The notes below the pieces were generated by a model. The model ran no database searches. It saw only the letters and a program-made list of their open reading frames with translations, and was not told the origin of the DNA. A program made the translations under genes and the position numbers. A stretch of DNA of 64,000 nucleotides from Myxococcales bacterium (GTDB lineage: Bacteria > Myxococcota_A > Polyangia > Nannocystales > Nannocystaceae): the NCBI GenBank assembly GCA_020633335.1, contig JACKDU010000002.1, forward strand, positions 442,730 to 506,729, written 5' to 3'. Positions 41,290 through 51,277 of this stretch are shown here, in pieces; within the stretch, counting starts at the first letter, position 1, and every line of letters begins with the position of its first letter.

Positions 41290-41979
41290 ATGGAGAGCGA
41301 GCCCCAGATCGACGCGATCGACGCGCCCTCCCCGAGCGAGGCGCGGGCGAGCCGCGACCTCGCCCGCCTCGCCCGCCAGCGCCGGCAGCTCGCGGCCCGC
41401 GACGCGAACCGCCTCCGTCGCCGCCACCGGATCGCCCTCGGGATCACCTGGGTCGCGCTGACCTTCACCCTCACCGCGCTGGTGCTCGCCGGCCGCGACT
41501 CCTACCTCGCCGCCGAGGCGCTCTTCATCACCGTCGTGATCTCGGTGATCACGCTCCCCCTCCTCGCCCGCACGGCCCTGCCGGAGTGGCTGATCGAGCG
41601 GACCCTTCGGGCAGGTGATCGCGACGCCGCGCTGGCGACCGGACACCTCAGCCCGCGCCTCGCCGCCCTCGTCGAGTCCACGCGGATCCTCCGGCTGGCG
41701 ATCGAGTCGGCGGATCGGCGGGACAGCGACGCCGCCCGCGGCGTCTGGGCCTGGATCGCCGAGGTCCGCGAGCTCCCCTACGCGGACCAGCAGGTGCTCG
41801 CCGAGCTCGGGCTCTCGGTCGGCGGGATCGAGGCGGTCCTCCTCGCCGATGAGCCCGAGTCGGGTGAGCCCGCGACCGTCCCCGCCGAGCGTCGCCGCCG
41901 CGAGATGGAGGTGATGGCCGAGCAGCTCGAGGGCTTCGAAAGCGCGCTCCTCCGCCATAACCCGGGCCCCTACCGTTGA
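41290..41979 (+). CDS. hypothetical membrane protein (2 TM helices after an Arg-rich N-terminus)
   Basis: 'RIALGITWVALTFTLTALVLAGR' and 'LFITVVISVITLPLLA' are predicted TM segments. Composition resembles real coding, unlike the G/R-rich antisense ORF 41092..41958. Confidence 0.4.
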   Translation: MESEPQIDAIDAPSPSEARASRDLARLARQRRQLAARDANRLRRRHRIALGITWVALTFTLTALVLAGRDSYLAAEALFITVVISVITLPLLARTALPEWLIERTLRAGDRDAALATGHLSPRLAALVESTRILRLAIESADRRDSDAARGVWAWIAEVRELPYADQQVLAELGLSVGGIEAVLLADEPESGEPATVPAERRRREMEVMAEQLEGFESALLRHNPGPYR

Positions 41980-42109
41980 CCTCGAGCGACGGCGCCAGCG
42001 CCGCGATCGCGCGCCTTTCGAGCTCGAGGGCCGGAGGGGGCTGTCGCAGGTCGTCGTCGACGGGGCCCCTTGCCGCCCGGAGCTTGGTGCTTAAACCCTC
42101 TCCCACGCC

Positions 42110-43045
42110 ATGAGCTTGACCGTCTCGTCCGCCGTCACCCACGCTCTCCCCGCGCTCGCGGACGGGCCGACCATCGATCTGACGGAGGTCCAGAGCGACC
42201 TCGAGGCGGTCGCCCGCGACGTCGTCGCCGCCCGCCGCCGCGGCCTCCGGCTCCTCGACGCGGTCGACGATCCAGCCTTCCCCAGCCTCCGCACCTTCCA
42301 CCTCGGGATCCGCGACGCCCTCTTCCTCGAGATCCCGAGCGAGCTCGATCCCTGGATTCAGGCGGTCACCGACGGGCCCGCGGCGGTCGAGGGCGCGGCC
42401 GTCGATCACCTCCAGCGCATGCTCGTCGGCGCCGCCCAGGGGCGCGGGACCTCGGACGTCAGCGAGCTGGCCGAGCTCCAGCAGGCGCTCGCCGAGCTCC
42501 TCGTCTTTGAGGCGCTGCGCCTCCAGCTCCTGGTCATCGCCCTCGGCAGCGAGGAGTACGAGACCGTCGGCGGCGAGGAGGCCGACCTCGACGCGATCGC
42601 CTGGGCCGAGGTCGAGGCGCTCCTTCACCGCCCCGAGCTCGATGATCCCGAGGTCCGCCCCCTCCACCTCCTGCGGGCGACCGCCAGCGTCTCGCTCGCC
42701 CGCGACGCCGCCGAGCGGGCCGAGGCCCTCCGCCTCGCTGGCCCCGATCTCCGCGACGAGGTGCGGATGCGAGCCCGCCTCCGCGCGGCCCTCCGCGAGC
42801 TCCGCCTCGCCGAGTCGGTGCTCCTCGAGAACGCGCTCGCCTCGCTCCTCGGCGGCGAGCGCCGCGAGCTCACGGATCTCCAGGCCGAGCGCCCGCTCGC
42901 GCTCGACGGCCTCTCGCGGCAGGCGATGGATCAGCGGGTCTCGCGGGGTCGGCGTGCGCTGACCCGGGCCAAGCAGGGCTGGCCGCAGCGCCGCCGCCCG
43001 GCGCTCTTTGACCTCCTCCGCCGGCCGAACGCGGCCTCGCTTTGA
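42110..43045 (+). CDS. hypothetical alpha-helical protein
   Basis: 311-aa ORF with balanced composition (L/E/A-rich helices). Co-directional with the downstream lspA. No recognisable motif. Confidence 0.4.
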   Translation: MSLTVSSAVTHALPALADGPTIDLTEVQSDLEAVARDVVAARRRGLRLLDAVDDPAFPSLRTFHLGIRDALFLEIPSELDPWIQAVTDGPAAVEGAAVDHLQRMLVGAAQGRGTSDVSELAELQQALAELLVFEALRLQLLVIALGSEEYETVGGEEADLDAIAWAEVEALLHRPELDDPEVRPLHLLRATASVSLARDAAERAEALRLAGPDLRDEVRMRARLRAALRELRLAESVLLENALASLLGGERRELTDLQAERPLALDGLSRQAMDQRVSRGRRALTRAKQGWPQRRRPALFDLLRRPNAASL

Positions 43046-43082
43046 GCGGTGGTCGGCGGTGGGCTATCCTCCGCCAGCCCCG

Positions 43083-43649
43083 ATGACCGCCGAGACGCTG
43101 ACTGAGACTGCCGCCGCCGCCGCCGCCGAGCCGAAGCGCGCCCCTCGCCTCATCCTCACCGGGGTCGTCGCCGCCCTCGTGCTCGCCCTCGATCTCGGGT
43201 CGAAGGCCTGGGCCTGGGAGAACCTCCGCTTCCTCCCCAAGCGAGTGATGGTCGAGGGCTTCTTCCAGCTCGAGTTCGCCTTCAACACCGGCTCGGCCTT
43301 CGGCTTCCTCCGCTCGGCCTCGTGGTCGCGGATCTTCTTCATCGCCATCACGATCGCCGCGGTGATCTACATGGTCCGCCTGGCGCTCACCCTGCCGGCC
43401 CGCTTCATCAGCGGCTACATGGCGGTCGCGCTGATCATCGGCGGCGCCCTCGGCAACCTCCACGACCGCTTCTTCCGACTCCTCGGCGGCAAGCACGGGG
43501 TCGTCGACTTCCTCGTCTTCTACTACTGGCCGGGCAAGCGCTGGCCGGCCTTCAACGTCGCCGACGTCGCCCTGGTCGCCGGCGTGATCCTCTTCATGAT
43601 CTACCTCCGACGCCACGGCGCCGCCCTCGACGGGGCAGCCCGGCGCTAG
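43083..43649 (+). CDS. lspA: lipoprotein signal peptidase (signal peptidase II), copy 1
   Basis: 'FFQLEFAFNTGSAFGFL' and 'GNLHDRFFRLLGGKHGVVDFLVFYYWPGKRWPAFNVADVALVAGVILFMI' are conserved LspA blocks with the catalytic Asp residues. Start ATG 43083. ORF extends to 43008. Confidence 0.85.
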   Translation: MTAETLTETAAAAAAEPKRAPRLILTGVVAALVLALDLGSKAWAWENLRFLPKRVMVEGFFQLEFAFNTGSAFGFLRSASWSRIFFIAITIAAVIYMVRLALTLPARFISGYMAVALIIGGALGNLHDRFFRLLGGKHGVVDFLVFYYWPGKRWPAFNVADVALVAGVILFMIYLRRHGAALDGAARR

Positions 43650-43690
43650 CGAGCGCGCGCTCGAGCGCGAGCGCCCCGAGCCCCCACGAG

Positions 43691-44572
43691 ATGCACCCGA
43701 TCCTCCTCGAAGACACCTGGATCGGCGACCTCCACGGCTACGGGACGATGGTCCTCCTCGGCGGCCTCTGCCTCGCGCCGGGGCTCTGGTGGGACGCCAA
43801 GCGCCGGGGGATGCCGGGCGAGCTCCTCCTCGACTTCTACATCGTCCTGGTGGTCGGCTGCTTCGTCGGCGGCCGCCTCCTCGACGTCCTCAGCCGGCCC
43901 GCGGTCTTCCTCGCCGAGCCGATGCGGATCTTCAGCGGCCAGGAGAACTTCGTCTTCTACGGCTCGCTCTTCGGCGTCCTCCTCGGCTTCGTCTGGCTCG
44001 CCCGCCGCTACCGGAGGCCGGTCGCCGACGTCGCTGACCTCCTCGCGCCGTGGATCGGCGTCGGCCACGGGGTCGCGCGGGTCGGCTGCTACTTCGCCGG
44101 CTGCTGCTTCGGCGCGCCGGTGGTCGGCGATCCCGCGTGGGCGCTCCACTTCCCGCCGGGCTCGATCGCGTTTGACGGCGGCGAGGTCGCCCACGCGGGC
44201 GCGCACACGGTCGGCCTCTTCCCGGTCCAGCTCGCCGAGGTCGTCGGCCTCGAGGTGATCGGCCTCTCGCTGGTCGCCACCCGGGTGCTCCGCGGCGTCG
44301 AGAGCCGCTGGCGGATGTCGGCGCGCTACGCCCTGCTCTACGGCGGCCTCCGGATGGTGACCGAGCTCTTCCGCGGCGATCACTCGCGCAACCACCTCTT
44401 CACCGTCGAATTCCCCGGCCTCGCCGATCTCCTCCGGCTCCCGGCCGACCAGCCCTTCCTCCTCTCGACCTCGCAGCTCGTCAGCCTCGCGCTGATCGCC
44501 TGGGGCGCGGCGGTGATCATCCGGACCCGTCGGGCCGAGCATGCGCTATCCTCCGCCGACCGCCGCCCATGA
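43691..44572 (+). CDS. lgt: prolipoprotein diacylglyceryl transferase
   Basis: 'MHPILLEDTWIGDLHGYGTMVLLGGLCLAPGLWW...' and the Lgt signature region 'GRLLDVL...FFYGSLFGVLLGFVWLARRY...ARVGCYFAGCCFG'. Confidence 0.9.
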   Translation: MHPILLEDTWIGDLHGYGTMVLLGGLCLAPGLWWDAKRRGMPGELLLDFYIVLVVGCFVGGRLLDVLSRPAVFLAEPMRIFSGQENFVFYGSLFGVLLGFVWLARRYRRPVADVADLLAPWIGVGHGVARVGCYFAGCCFGAPVVGDPAWALHFPPGSIAFDGGEVAHAGAHTVGLFPVQLAEVVGLEVIGLSLVATRVLRGVESRWRMSARYALLYGGLRMVTELFRGDHSRNHLFTVEFPGLADLLRLPADQPFLLSTSQLVSLALIAWGAAVIIRTRRAEHALSSADRRP

Positions 44573-45129
44573 CCGCCCCCGCGTCCGAACGTGATCCCAA
44601 GAGAGCCCGCCGGGTCACCGCTGCGCTCGTCCTCGCCGCGGCCTCGCTCGCCCTCGACCTCGGGACCAAGGCCTGGGTCTGGGACAAGCTCCGCGGGCAG
44701 CCGGCGGAGACCGTGATCGACGGGGTGCTCTACCTCGAGTTCTCGTTCAACACCGGCTCGGCCTTCGGGCTCTTCGGCGGCCAGGACTTCGCCCGCCCCT
44801 TCTTCATCGTCGTCACCCTGGTGACCGTCGCCTACATGGCGCTCCTCCTCCGCAAGCTGCCGACCGATCGCCTCTACGGCCACCTGGCGATCGGCCTGGT
44901 GATCGGCGGCGCCCTCGGCAACCTCCACGATCGCCTGATCCGCGCGCTCGAGATCGGCGGCGAGCTCCGCCACGGGGTCGTCGACTGGATCCTCGTCTAC
45001 TACCTGCCGGGGCGCCCCTGGCCGAACTTCAACATCGCCGACGCGGCCCTCGTCGCCGGCGTCGGCCTCCTCCTGCCCTACCTCCTCCTCCACGCCGAGC
45101 CGAGGCCCGCGCCCAAGGCGGAGTCCTAG
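44569..45129 (+). CDS. lspA: lipoprotein signal peptidase (signal peptidase II), copy 2
   Basis: ATG overlaps the lgt stop (ATGA). 'LYLEFSFNTGSAFGLF' and 'GNLHDRLIRALEIGGELRHGVVDWILVYYLPGRPWPNFNIADAALVAGVGLLL' are the same blocks as copy 1. Confidence 0.85.
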   Translation: MTAPASERDPKRARRVTAALVLAAASLALDLGTKAWVWDKLRGQPAETVIDGVLYLEFSFNTGSAFGLFGGQDFARPFFIVVTLVTVAYMALLLRKLPTDRLYGHLAIGLVIGGALGNLHDRLIRALEIGGELRHGVVDWILVYYLPGRPWPNFNIADAALVAGVGLLLPYLLLHAEPRPAPKAES

Positions 45130-45197
45130 GCGCGCTCGAAGACCCTGTCCTCAAGGACAGGGCCCCCGTACCAGCGCCCGCGCCGGGAGGCGCGCGC

Positions 45198-45797
45198 TCA
45201 CTCCGAGCGCTGGTTGGCCAGCGCCTGGCCGAAGCCGACGGTGTACTGGACCGCCGAGACCACCGAGGCGATCAGCGAGATCCCGAGGGTGATGAGGCCG
45301 ACCTTGTTGAAGTCGACCCACTGGTCCGTACCCAGCATGCGGTAGGGGTAGTGGACCAGGAGGAAGCAGATCCCGATCAGCTGGAAGACCGTCTTCGCCT
45401 TGCCGCCCGCGCCCGCCGCGATCACCACGCCCTCGGAGGACGCGAGCGAGCGGAGCCCGGAGATGTAGAACTCGCGGGAGAGCAGGAGGACGACGATCCA
45501 GGCCGGCACCCGGCCGTCGGCGACCAGGTAGATCAGCAGGGCCGCGACCATGATCTTGTCGGCCAGCGGATCGACGAACTTGCCGAAGACAGTGACCAGC
45601 CCCGCCCGCCGCGCGAGGACCCCGTCGACGAGATCGAGGACCGACGCGACCACGAAGATCAGCATCGCGTAGACGCACTTGTAGGGGTCGGTCTTGTCGA
45701 CCAGGAGGAGCACCGGCGGGATCAGGAAGACCCGACCGATGGTGATCATGTTCGGGAGGTTGAGGACCTCCCGCTTGAAGCGTTCGAAGCGCTTCAT
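45198..45797 (-). CDS. pgsA: CDP-diacylglycerol--glycerol-3-phosphate 3-phosphatidyltransferase (CDP-alcohol phosphatidyltransferase family)
   Basis: 'PNMITIGRVFLIPPVLL...DLVDGVLARRAGLVTVFGKFVDPLADKIMV' is the D(x)2DG(x)2AR...G(x)3D(x)3D motif. Confidence 0.85.
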   Translation of the reverse strand: MKRFERFKREVLNLPNMITIGRVFLIPPVLLLVDKTDPYKCVYAMLIFVVASVLDLVDGVLARRAGLVTVFGKFVDPLADKIMVAALLIYLVADGRVPAWIVVLLLSREFYISGLRSLASSEGVVIAAGAGGKAKTVFQLIGICFLLVHYPYRMLGTDQWVDFNKVGLITLGISLIASVVSAVQYTVGFGQALANQRSE

Positions 45798-46459
45798 GGG
45801 CGCTTCCCCTCGTCGGTCGCCGCCGCCCCGTCGCGTCGGAGGTCGATGAGGAGCGCCCCCTCGCCCTCACAGCGGAGCTGCCGGAGCTCGGGCTCGCCGA
45901 TCGCGACGATGTCGCCGATCCAGCCGAGGAGCGCCCCCGGATCGACCCGCTGCGAGCGCCCGGGGGCGACCTTCACCGCCAGGAGGTCGCCCTGGGCCCG
46001 CAGCGCCAGGACCCCGTCGCCGGCGACCCGGGCGAAGAGCGCGCCTTCCGGCGCGTCGTCGTGGCGGGTGCCCGGGAGCGCGCCGAGCTCCCAGTGGAGC
46101 GAGGGCTCGGCCGCCCAGAGCGCGTCCTCGCGGAGGTAGCAGCGATCGCGGCGGAGGCGGGTGATGTAGAAGGCTCCGGGCCCGCGGGCGAAGACCACCG
46201 TCCCCTGCCCGTCGACCAGCGCCAGCGGCCCGGGTCCGAGCTCGACCCCGCCGGGGCCCCGCCGCGGCAGGCGGCGGATCCGGAGGCCGTCGCCGATCAG
46301 CGCCGCCGCGTCGACCCGGACGAGCATCGCCGGATCGACGTCGAGGACCAGGTGACCGCCCTCCAGGAGGGAGATCGAGCGCCCCGCCTCAGCCCCCCGA
46401 AGGAGGCGGGCGACGGCGAGCTCGGTGAGGCCAGCGATCTCAGGCTCTGCGAAGCGCAC
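45794..46459 (-). CDS. hypothetical protein (possible AIM24/DUF124-like beta-rich protein)
   Basis: 221 aa, co-directional with pgsA and overlapping its start (ATGA). No confident motif. Confidence 0.45.
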   Translation of the reverse strand: MRFAEPEIAGLTELAVARLLRGAEAGRSISLLEGGHLVLDVDPAMLVRVDAAALIGDGLRIRRLPRRGPGGVELGPGPLALVDGQGTVVFARGPGAFYITRLRRDRCYLREDALWAAEPSLHWELGALPGTRHDDAPEGALFARVAGDGVLALRAQGDLLAVKVAPGRSQRVDPGALLGWIGDIVAIGEPELRQLRCEGEGALLIDLRRDGAAATDEGKRP

Positions 46460-46526
46460 GCGGGCCGAGCCTACCGCGAACCATCGGGCGCCTCCACACC
46501 GAAGCGCGCGAAAATTCGGGCGTTCC

Positions 46527-47201
46527 TCACTCGGCGATCTGCCGCGTCGGCACCTCGCTCGCCTCGCCGGCGCTCTGGAGGAGGCGGTCGTAGCCGTAGT
46601 AGCGGCGGAGCACCGCCCGGACGTAGGCCCGCACCCCCGGGTAGGGCGGCACCCCGGCGTGCTTCTGGACCGCCCCCGCGCCCGCGAAGTAGGCCGCGAG
46701 GACGAGGACGAGATCGCCGTTGAAGCGGTTGGCGAGGAGGCGGAGGAAGCGGGCGCCGCCGTAGATGCTCTGGCGGGGATCGAAGGGCCGCTGGACCCCG
46801 AGGAAGCGGGCGGTCGCCGGCATCAGCTGGGTCAGGCCGATCGCCCCGGCGCCCGACACCGCGTTCGGCCGGAAGCGGCTCTCGGTGTGGATCAGCGCCC
46901 GCAGGAGCGCCTCCGGCAGCTGATAGAGCTGGGCCGCCCCGCGGATATGCCGCTCGTAGCGGCGCATCCGCTCGTCGTCGAGGGGATAGACGTCCGCCTC
47001 GGCCGCGCCCTCCTCGTCGGTCTGGCGGCGGTAGGCGCCCTCCCAGCCGCCGCGCGGTCCGCCGGCGACCGCGACCACGTGGACCACGCCGTCGGCGTCG
47101 GTGTAGCGGGCGTAGGTCGGCGTCGCCGCCTCGGCCACCCCGCCGAGCGCGAGGCTCAGCGCGAGCCCGCCGACCACCAGCCCTCGAGCGCCCCCGATCA
47201 T
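46527..47201 (-). CDS. lytic transglycosylase (SLT domain) with signal peptide
   Basis: Signal 'GLVVGGLALSLALGGVAEAA'. SLT catalytic region 'ALIHTESRFRPNAVSGAGAIGLTQLMPATA...AYFAGAGAV'. Real start is ATG 47201. Upstream track-ORF residues are the antisense of nadB. Confidence 0.8.
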   Translation of the reverse strand: MIGGARGLVVGGLALSLALGGVAEAATPTYARYTDADGVVHVVAVAGGPRGGWEGAYRRQTDEEGAAEADVYPLDDERMRRYERHIRGAAQLYQLPEALLRALIHTESRFRPNAVSGAGAIGLTQLMPATARFLGVQRPFDPRQSIYGGARFLRLLANRFNGDLVLVLAAYFAGAGAVQKHAGVPPYPGVRAYVRAVLRRYYGYDRLLQSAGEASEVPTRQIAE

Positions 47202-47272
47202 CGGCGGAGGATAGCAGCTCCGGACCCGGGCTATCGCAAGCGATCGCCGCCTGCTACCCTCGAACGCGCTCC

Positions 47273-48887
47273 CATGCCCATTGCGACGACCGTCCACCAA
47301 AGCCGGACCCTGGTGATCGGCAGCGGGCTCGCCGGCCTCTACTTCGCCCTCGAGGTCGCCGACCGGGGCCCGGTGACCGTCCTGACCAAGCACCGCCGGG
47401 ACTCGAGCAACACGAGCTGGGCGCAGGGGGGGATCTCGGCGGTCTTCGCCGACGACGACTCGCTCGCTGGCCACGTCGAGGACACGCTCCGGGTCGGCGC
47501 CGGCCTCTGCCACCGCGACATGGTGATGCACGCGGTCGAGCTCGGCCCCGATCTCGTCCGCCGCCTCGTCGATCGCTACGGCGTCCGCTTCGACCACGAG
47601 GGCGACGACGAGAAGGCCCCCTTCGCGCTCGGGCGCGAGGGCGGCCACTCTCACCGCCGGGTGGTCCACCACCGCGACACCACCGGCGCCGAGATCCAGC
47701 GCGCGCTGATCGCGGCCGCGGCCGCCCACCCGAACATCACCGTGATCGAGCACTACACGGTGATCGACCTCCTGAGCTGGTCGAAGGTCGACGGCTCCAG
47801 GGGCTGCTTCGGGGTCTACGCGCTCGACAACCGCAGCGGCCTGGTCGAGGCCTTCGTCGCCCCGGTGACCGTCCTCGCCACCGGCGGCGCCGGCCGGGTC
47901 TACCGCTACACCTCGAACCCCGACGTCGCCACCGGCGACGGGGTGGCGATGGCGTACCGGATCGGCGCGCCGGTGGCCAACCTCGAGTTCATGCAGTTCC
48001 ACCCGACCTGCCTCTACCACCCCGAGGCCAACACCTTCCTGATCTCGGAGGCGCTGCGGGGCGAGGGCGGGATCCTCCGGCGCAAGGACGGCAGCGATCT
48101 GATGAAGGGGCGGCACCCGATGGGCTCGCTCGCCCCCCGCGACGTGGTCGCCCGGGAGATCGACGCCGAGCTCAAGCGATCGGGTCAGCGCTGCGTGTTC
48201 CTCGACATGACCCACCTCGACGGGGCGTTCCTCCAGGAGCGCTTCCCGGCGATCTTCGCCCGCTGCCTCTCGCTCGGGATCGACCTCCGCGAGGAGCCGA
48301 TCCCGGTGGTCCCGGCCGCCCACTACATGTGCGGCGGCGTCGTCGTCGATCACCAGGGGCGGACCGCGATCCCCGGCCTCATGGCGATCGGCGAGGTGGC
48401 GATGAGCGGCCTCCACGGCGCCTGCCGCCTCGCCTCCAACAGCCTCCTCGAGGCGGTCGTCCTCGCCCACGGCGCGGCCTCGGTCGCCGACGAGTTCGGC
48501 CGCGCGCCGCCGCTCAAGGTCGATCCCTGGAACGAGGGCGCGGCGGTCGACTCCGACGAGGCGGTGATGGTCACCGCCAACTGGGAGGAGGTCCGGGCGC
48601 TGATGTGGAACTTCGTCGGCATCGTCCGCTCGGACAAGCGCCTCGAGCGGGCGCGCCGGCGGATCGAGCTGATCAGCGAGGAGATCCTCGAGTACTACTG
48701 GCGCTTTCGGGTGACCCGCGACATCGTCGAGCTCCGCAACATCTCGCTCTGCGGCCACCTGATCATCGAATGCGCGCGCCGCCGACAGGAGTCGCGGGGG
48801 CTCCACTACACCCTCGACTATCCGGAGACCCGCGAGGAGCTCGCCCGCGACACGGTGATCGACAAGAGCTGCGGCCCCGAGACATGA
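47273..48887 (+). CDS. nadB: L-aspartate oxidase
   Basis: FAD motif 'TLVIGSGLAGLYFALEVA...WAQGGISAV'. 'RHPMGSLAPRDVVAREI' and 'HYTLDYPE' are NadB/flavoprotein motifs. Confidence 0.9.
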
Positions 48888-49555
48888 TCGCCCCCTCTCC
48901 AGGTCTCCGGGCCGCCCTCGCGATTGGCCTCGCGATCGGCCTCGTCGCCACCCTGCCGGGTTGCGCCGGCCGCGGCCATCGCTCACCGGAGGCGCTCCGC
49001 GAGGCCTACGCCGCCGCCCTCGAGCGCGACGATCCCGACGCCGCCTACGCCCTCCTCGCCCCCGAGGTCCAGGCGCGGATGAGCCGCGAGCAATTCACCG
49101 CCCGCTGGCGCGATCAGGCGGCCGACCGCGAGGCCGCGGCCGCCGATCTCGCGGCCCTGCCGGCCGATCTGCGGGCCCCGCTGGCGCGCGGGACGACGAT
49201 CCACAGCAACGGCGCGGTCCTCCAGTGGACGGTCGCCGGCGGCGACTACCTGGTCGTCAGCGGGCTCCCCGCGCTCGCCGATCGGGCGACCCCCGCCGAG
49301 GCGATCCGCGCGTTCATCGCGGCGGTTCGGGGGGCTGATCTCGCGGCCCTCGAGGCGGTGCTCGCGGACGAGCTGCGGGCGCGGATCGCCGACGAGTGGG
49401 AGGCGCGGGTGAGCGCGATCGAGGCCCGCCTGGAGGAGCCTGGAGCCATTGAGCTGAGCCCGGACAGCCGGCAGGCACGCCTCCGCTACGACAAGGGGCG
49501 CTCGATCGCCCTCGAGCAGCACCCGGACGGCTGGAAGATCACCTCATTTCAGTGA
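48884..49555 (+). CDS. hypothetical lipoprotein
   Basis: ATG overlaps the nadB stop (ATGA). Lipobox 'AIGLAIGLVATLPGCAG'. Confidence 0.55.
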   Translation: MIAPSPGLRAALAIGLAIGLVATLPGCAGRGHRSPEALREAYAAALERDDPDAAYALLAPEVQARMSREQFTARWRDQAADREAAAADLAALPADLRAPLARGTTIHSNGAVLQWTVAGGDYLVVSGLPALADRATPAEAIRAFIAAVRGADLAALEAVLADELRARIADEWEARVSAIEARLEEPGAIELSPDSRQARLRYDKGRSIALEQHPDGWKITSFQ

Positions 49556-49802
49556 CAAACGCCGTCTCGTGAGCTTTGCCCGGTCGCGGCGCCTGGATCG
49601 CCGGCTGATTGTTGCTATCACCAGGCGACAAGCGCCCCAGGCGGGCGATTGCGCGCACTCCACGCTCCTTGCTCCAGGGTGACGAGCGACCCCGCGCAGG
49701 CCCCGCTACCCCCCTTCCGGCGGCGACCCCGCCACCATCGGTGGACGAGATTGCCCATCGCCGGCAAAAGGGTCAAAATGGCGCACGTCTGTTGGAGGAA
49801 AA

Positions 49803-50294
<492 letters not shown>

Positions 50295-50310
50295 GCTCCG
50301 GGGCACCACC

Positions 50311-50838
50311 GTGGCCAGCGAACAGAACGAGTACACCGACATCCAGATCTGCACCCTCCCCTGGGACCAGGTCGAGTGCGACGCCTTCGTCTGCCCGACC
50401 AATTCGGAGGGTTCGATGAGCCAATTCCCGGCCTCGAAGATCCGTGACCTCGCCGGCCCGGGGATCGAGGAGCAGGTCCGCCCCCACACCCCGCTGGCCA
50501 TCGGCGCCGCCTTCGTCAGCGGCGCCGGCCGGATGCGCGCGCACCACCTGATCCACGTCCCCAACACCGACAAGCCCGGCGGCAAGGTTCAGGTGGAGGA
50601 CGTCCTCCGGGCGACCGCGGCCGTCCTCGTCGCCGCCCGGGTCAAGGGCTTCACGACCATCGCCATGCCGCTGATGGGCGCGTTCGAGAGCGGGATCCCG
50701 GCCGAGGAGGCCGCGCGGGCGATCCACTCCGAGTTCAAGTCGTTCCGCGGCGAGCGCCCGCTCAAGGTCTTCCTCATGGCCCGCGACGCCAACGACGTCG
50801 AGGTCTTTGAGGTCGCCATCGACGGCGGCCCGCCCTGA
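50311..50838 (+). CDS. macro-domain (ADP-ribose binding/processing) protein
   Basis: 'AFVCPTNSEGSMS...GAAFVSGAG' followed by 'IAMPLMGAFESGIP' fits macro-domain N/G-rich binding loops. Confidence 0.7.
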   Translation: MASEQNEYTDIQICTLPWDQVECDAFVCPTNSEGSMSQFPASKIRDLAGPGIEEQVRPHTPLAIGAAFVSGAGRMRAHHLIHVPNTDKPGGKVQVEDVLRATAAVLVAARVKGFTTIAMPLMGAFESGIPAEEAARAIHSEFKSFRGERPLKVFLMARDANDVEVFEVAIDGGPP

Positions 50839-50893
50839 TCTGACCCTGATCCGACCCTGACCCGACGCCCGCGAACGCCCTGACGATCCCGCA

Positions 50894-51277
50894 GTGGCCG
50901 CCGAAGAGACCCTCCTGACGGCGCTCGTCCTCCTCGGCGCGGGCGCGCTCGTCGGTCGGCTGAGCCGCCGCAGCGGCGAAGCGAGCGACGACGCCCCCCT
51001 CGTCCGCCTCTCGACGCGCGGCGACCGGGGGGCGGCCGAGCTCCCGTGGACCACCCTACGGGCGGCGATCGGCGGCGGCGCGATCGCCCTCCTCGCCCTC
51101 GCCGCCCTCCCAGTGATCGTCAGCGCCGGACTCCCGGCCTGCGAGGGTCGGGGCGCGACCGCCTGCACCCCCGGCGAGCCCCTCGGCGCGGCCGCGTGGA
51201 TCATCCTCGGCCTCGCCGCCCTGCCGCTGGTGCTCGGCCTCTGGGACGACCTCCGGGCGATCGGCGAGCGCGGATGA
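50894..51277 (+). CDS. small hypothetical membrane protein (GTG start)
   Basis: Three hydrophobic helices. Its stop overlaps the next ATG (ATGA). Confidence 0.3.
   Translation: MAAEETLLTALVLLGAGALVGRLSRRSGEASDDAPLVRLSTRGDRGAAELPWTTLRAAIGGGAIALLALAALPVIVSAGLPACEGRGATACTPGEPLGAAAWIILGLAALPLVLGLWDDLRAIGERG

Noticed and set aside
47202-48986. Upstream 595 codons of track ORF 46527..48986 (minus)
   Set aside because: Only the last 224 codons (46527..47201) encode the SLT lytic transglycosylase with its own signal peptide. The rest is the antisense of nadB.
49556-49802. Searched the low-GC intergenic stretch before carD for tRNA or small RNA
   Set aside because: No cloverleaf-compatible stems or conserved tRNA boxes seen.
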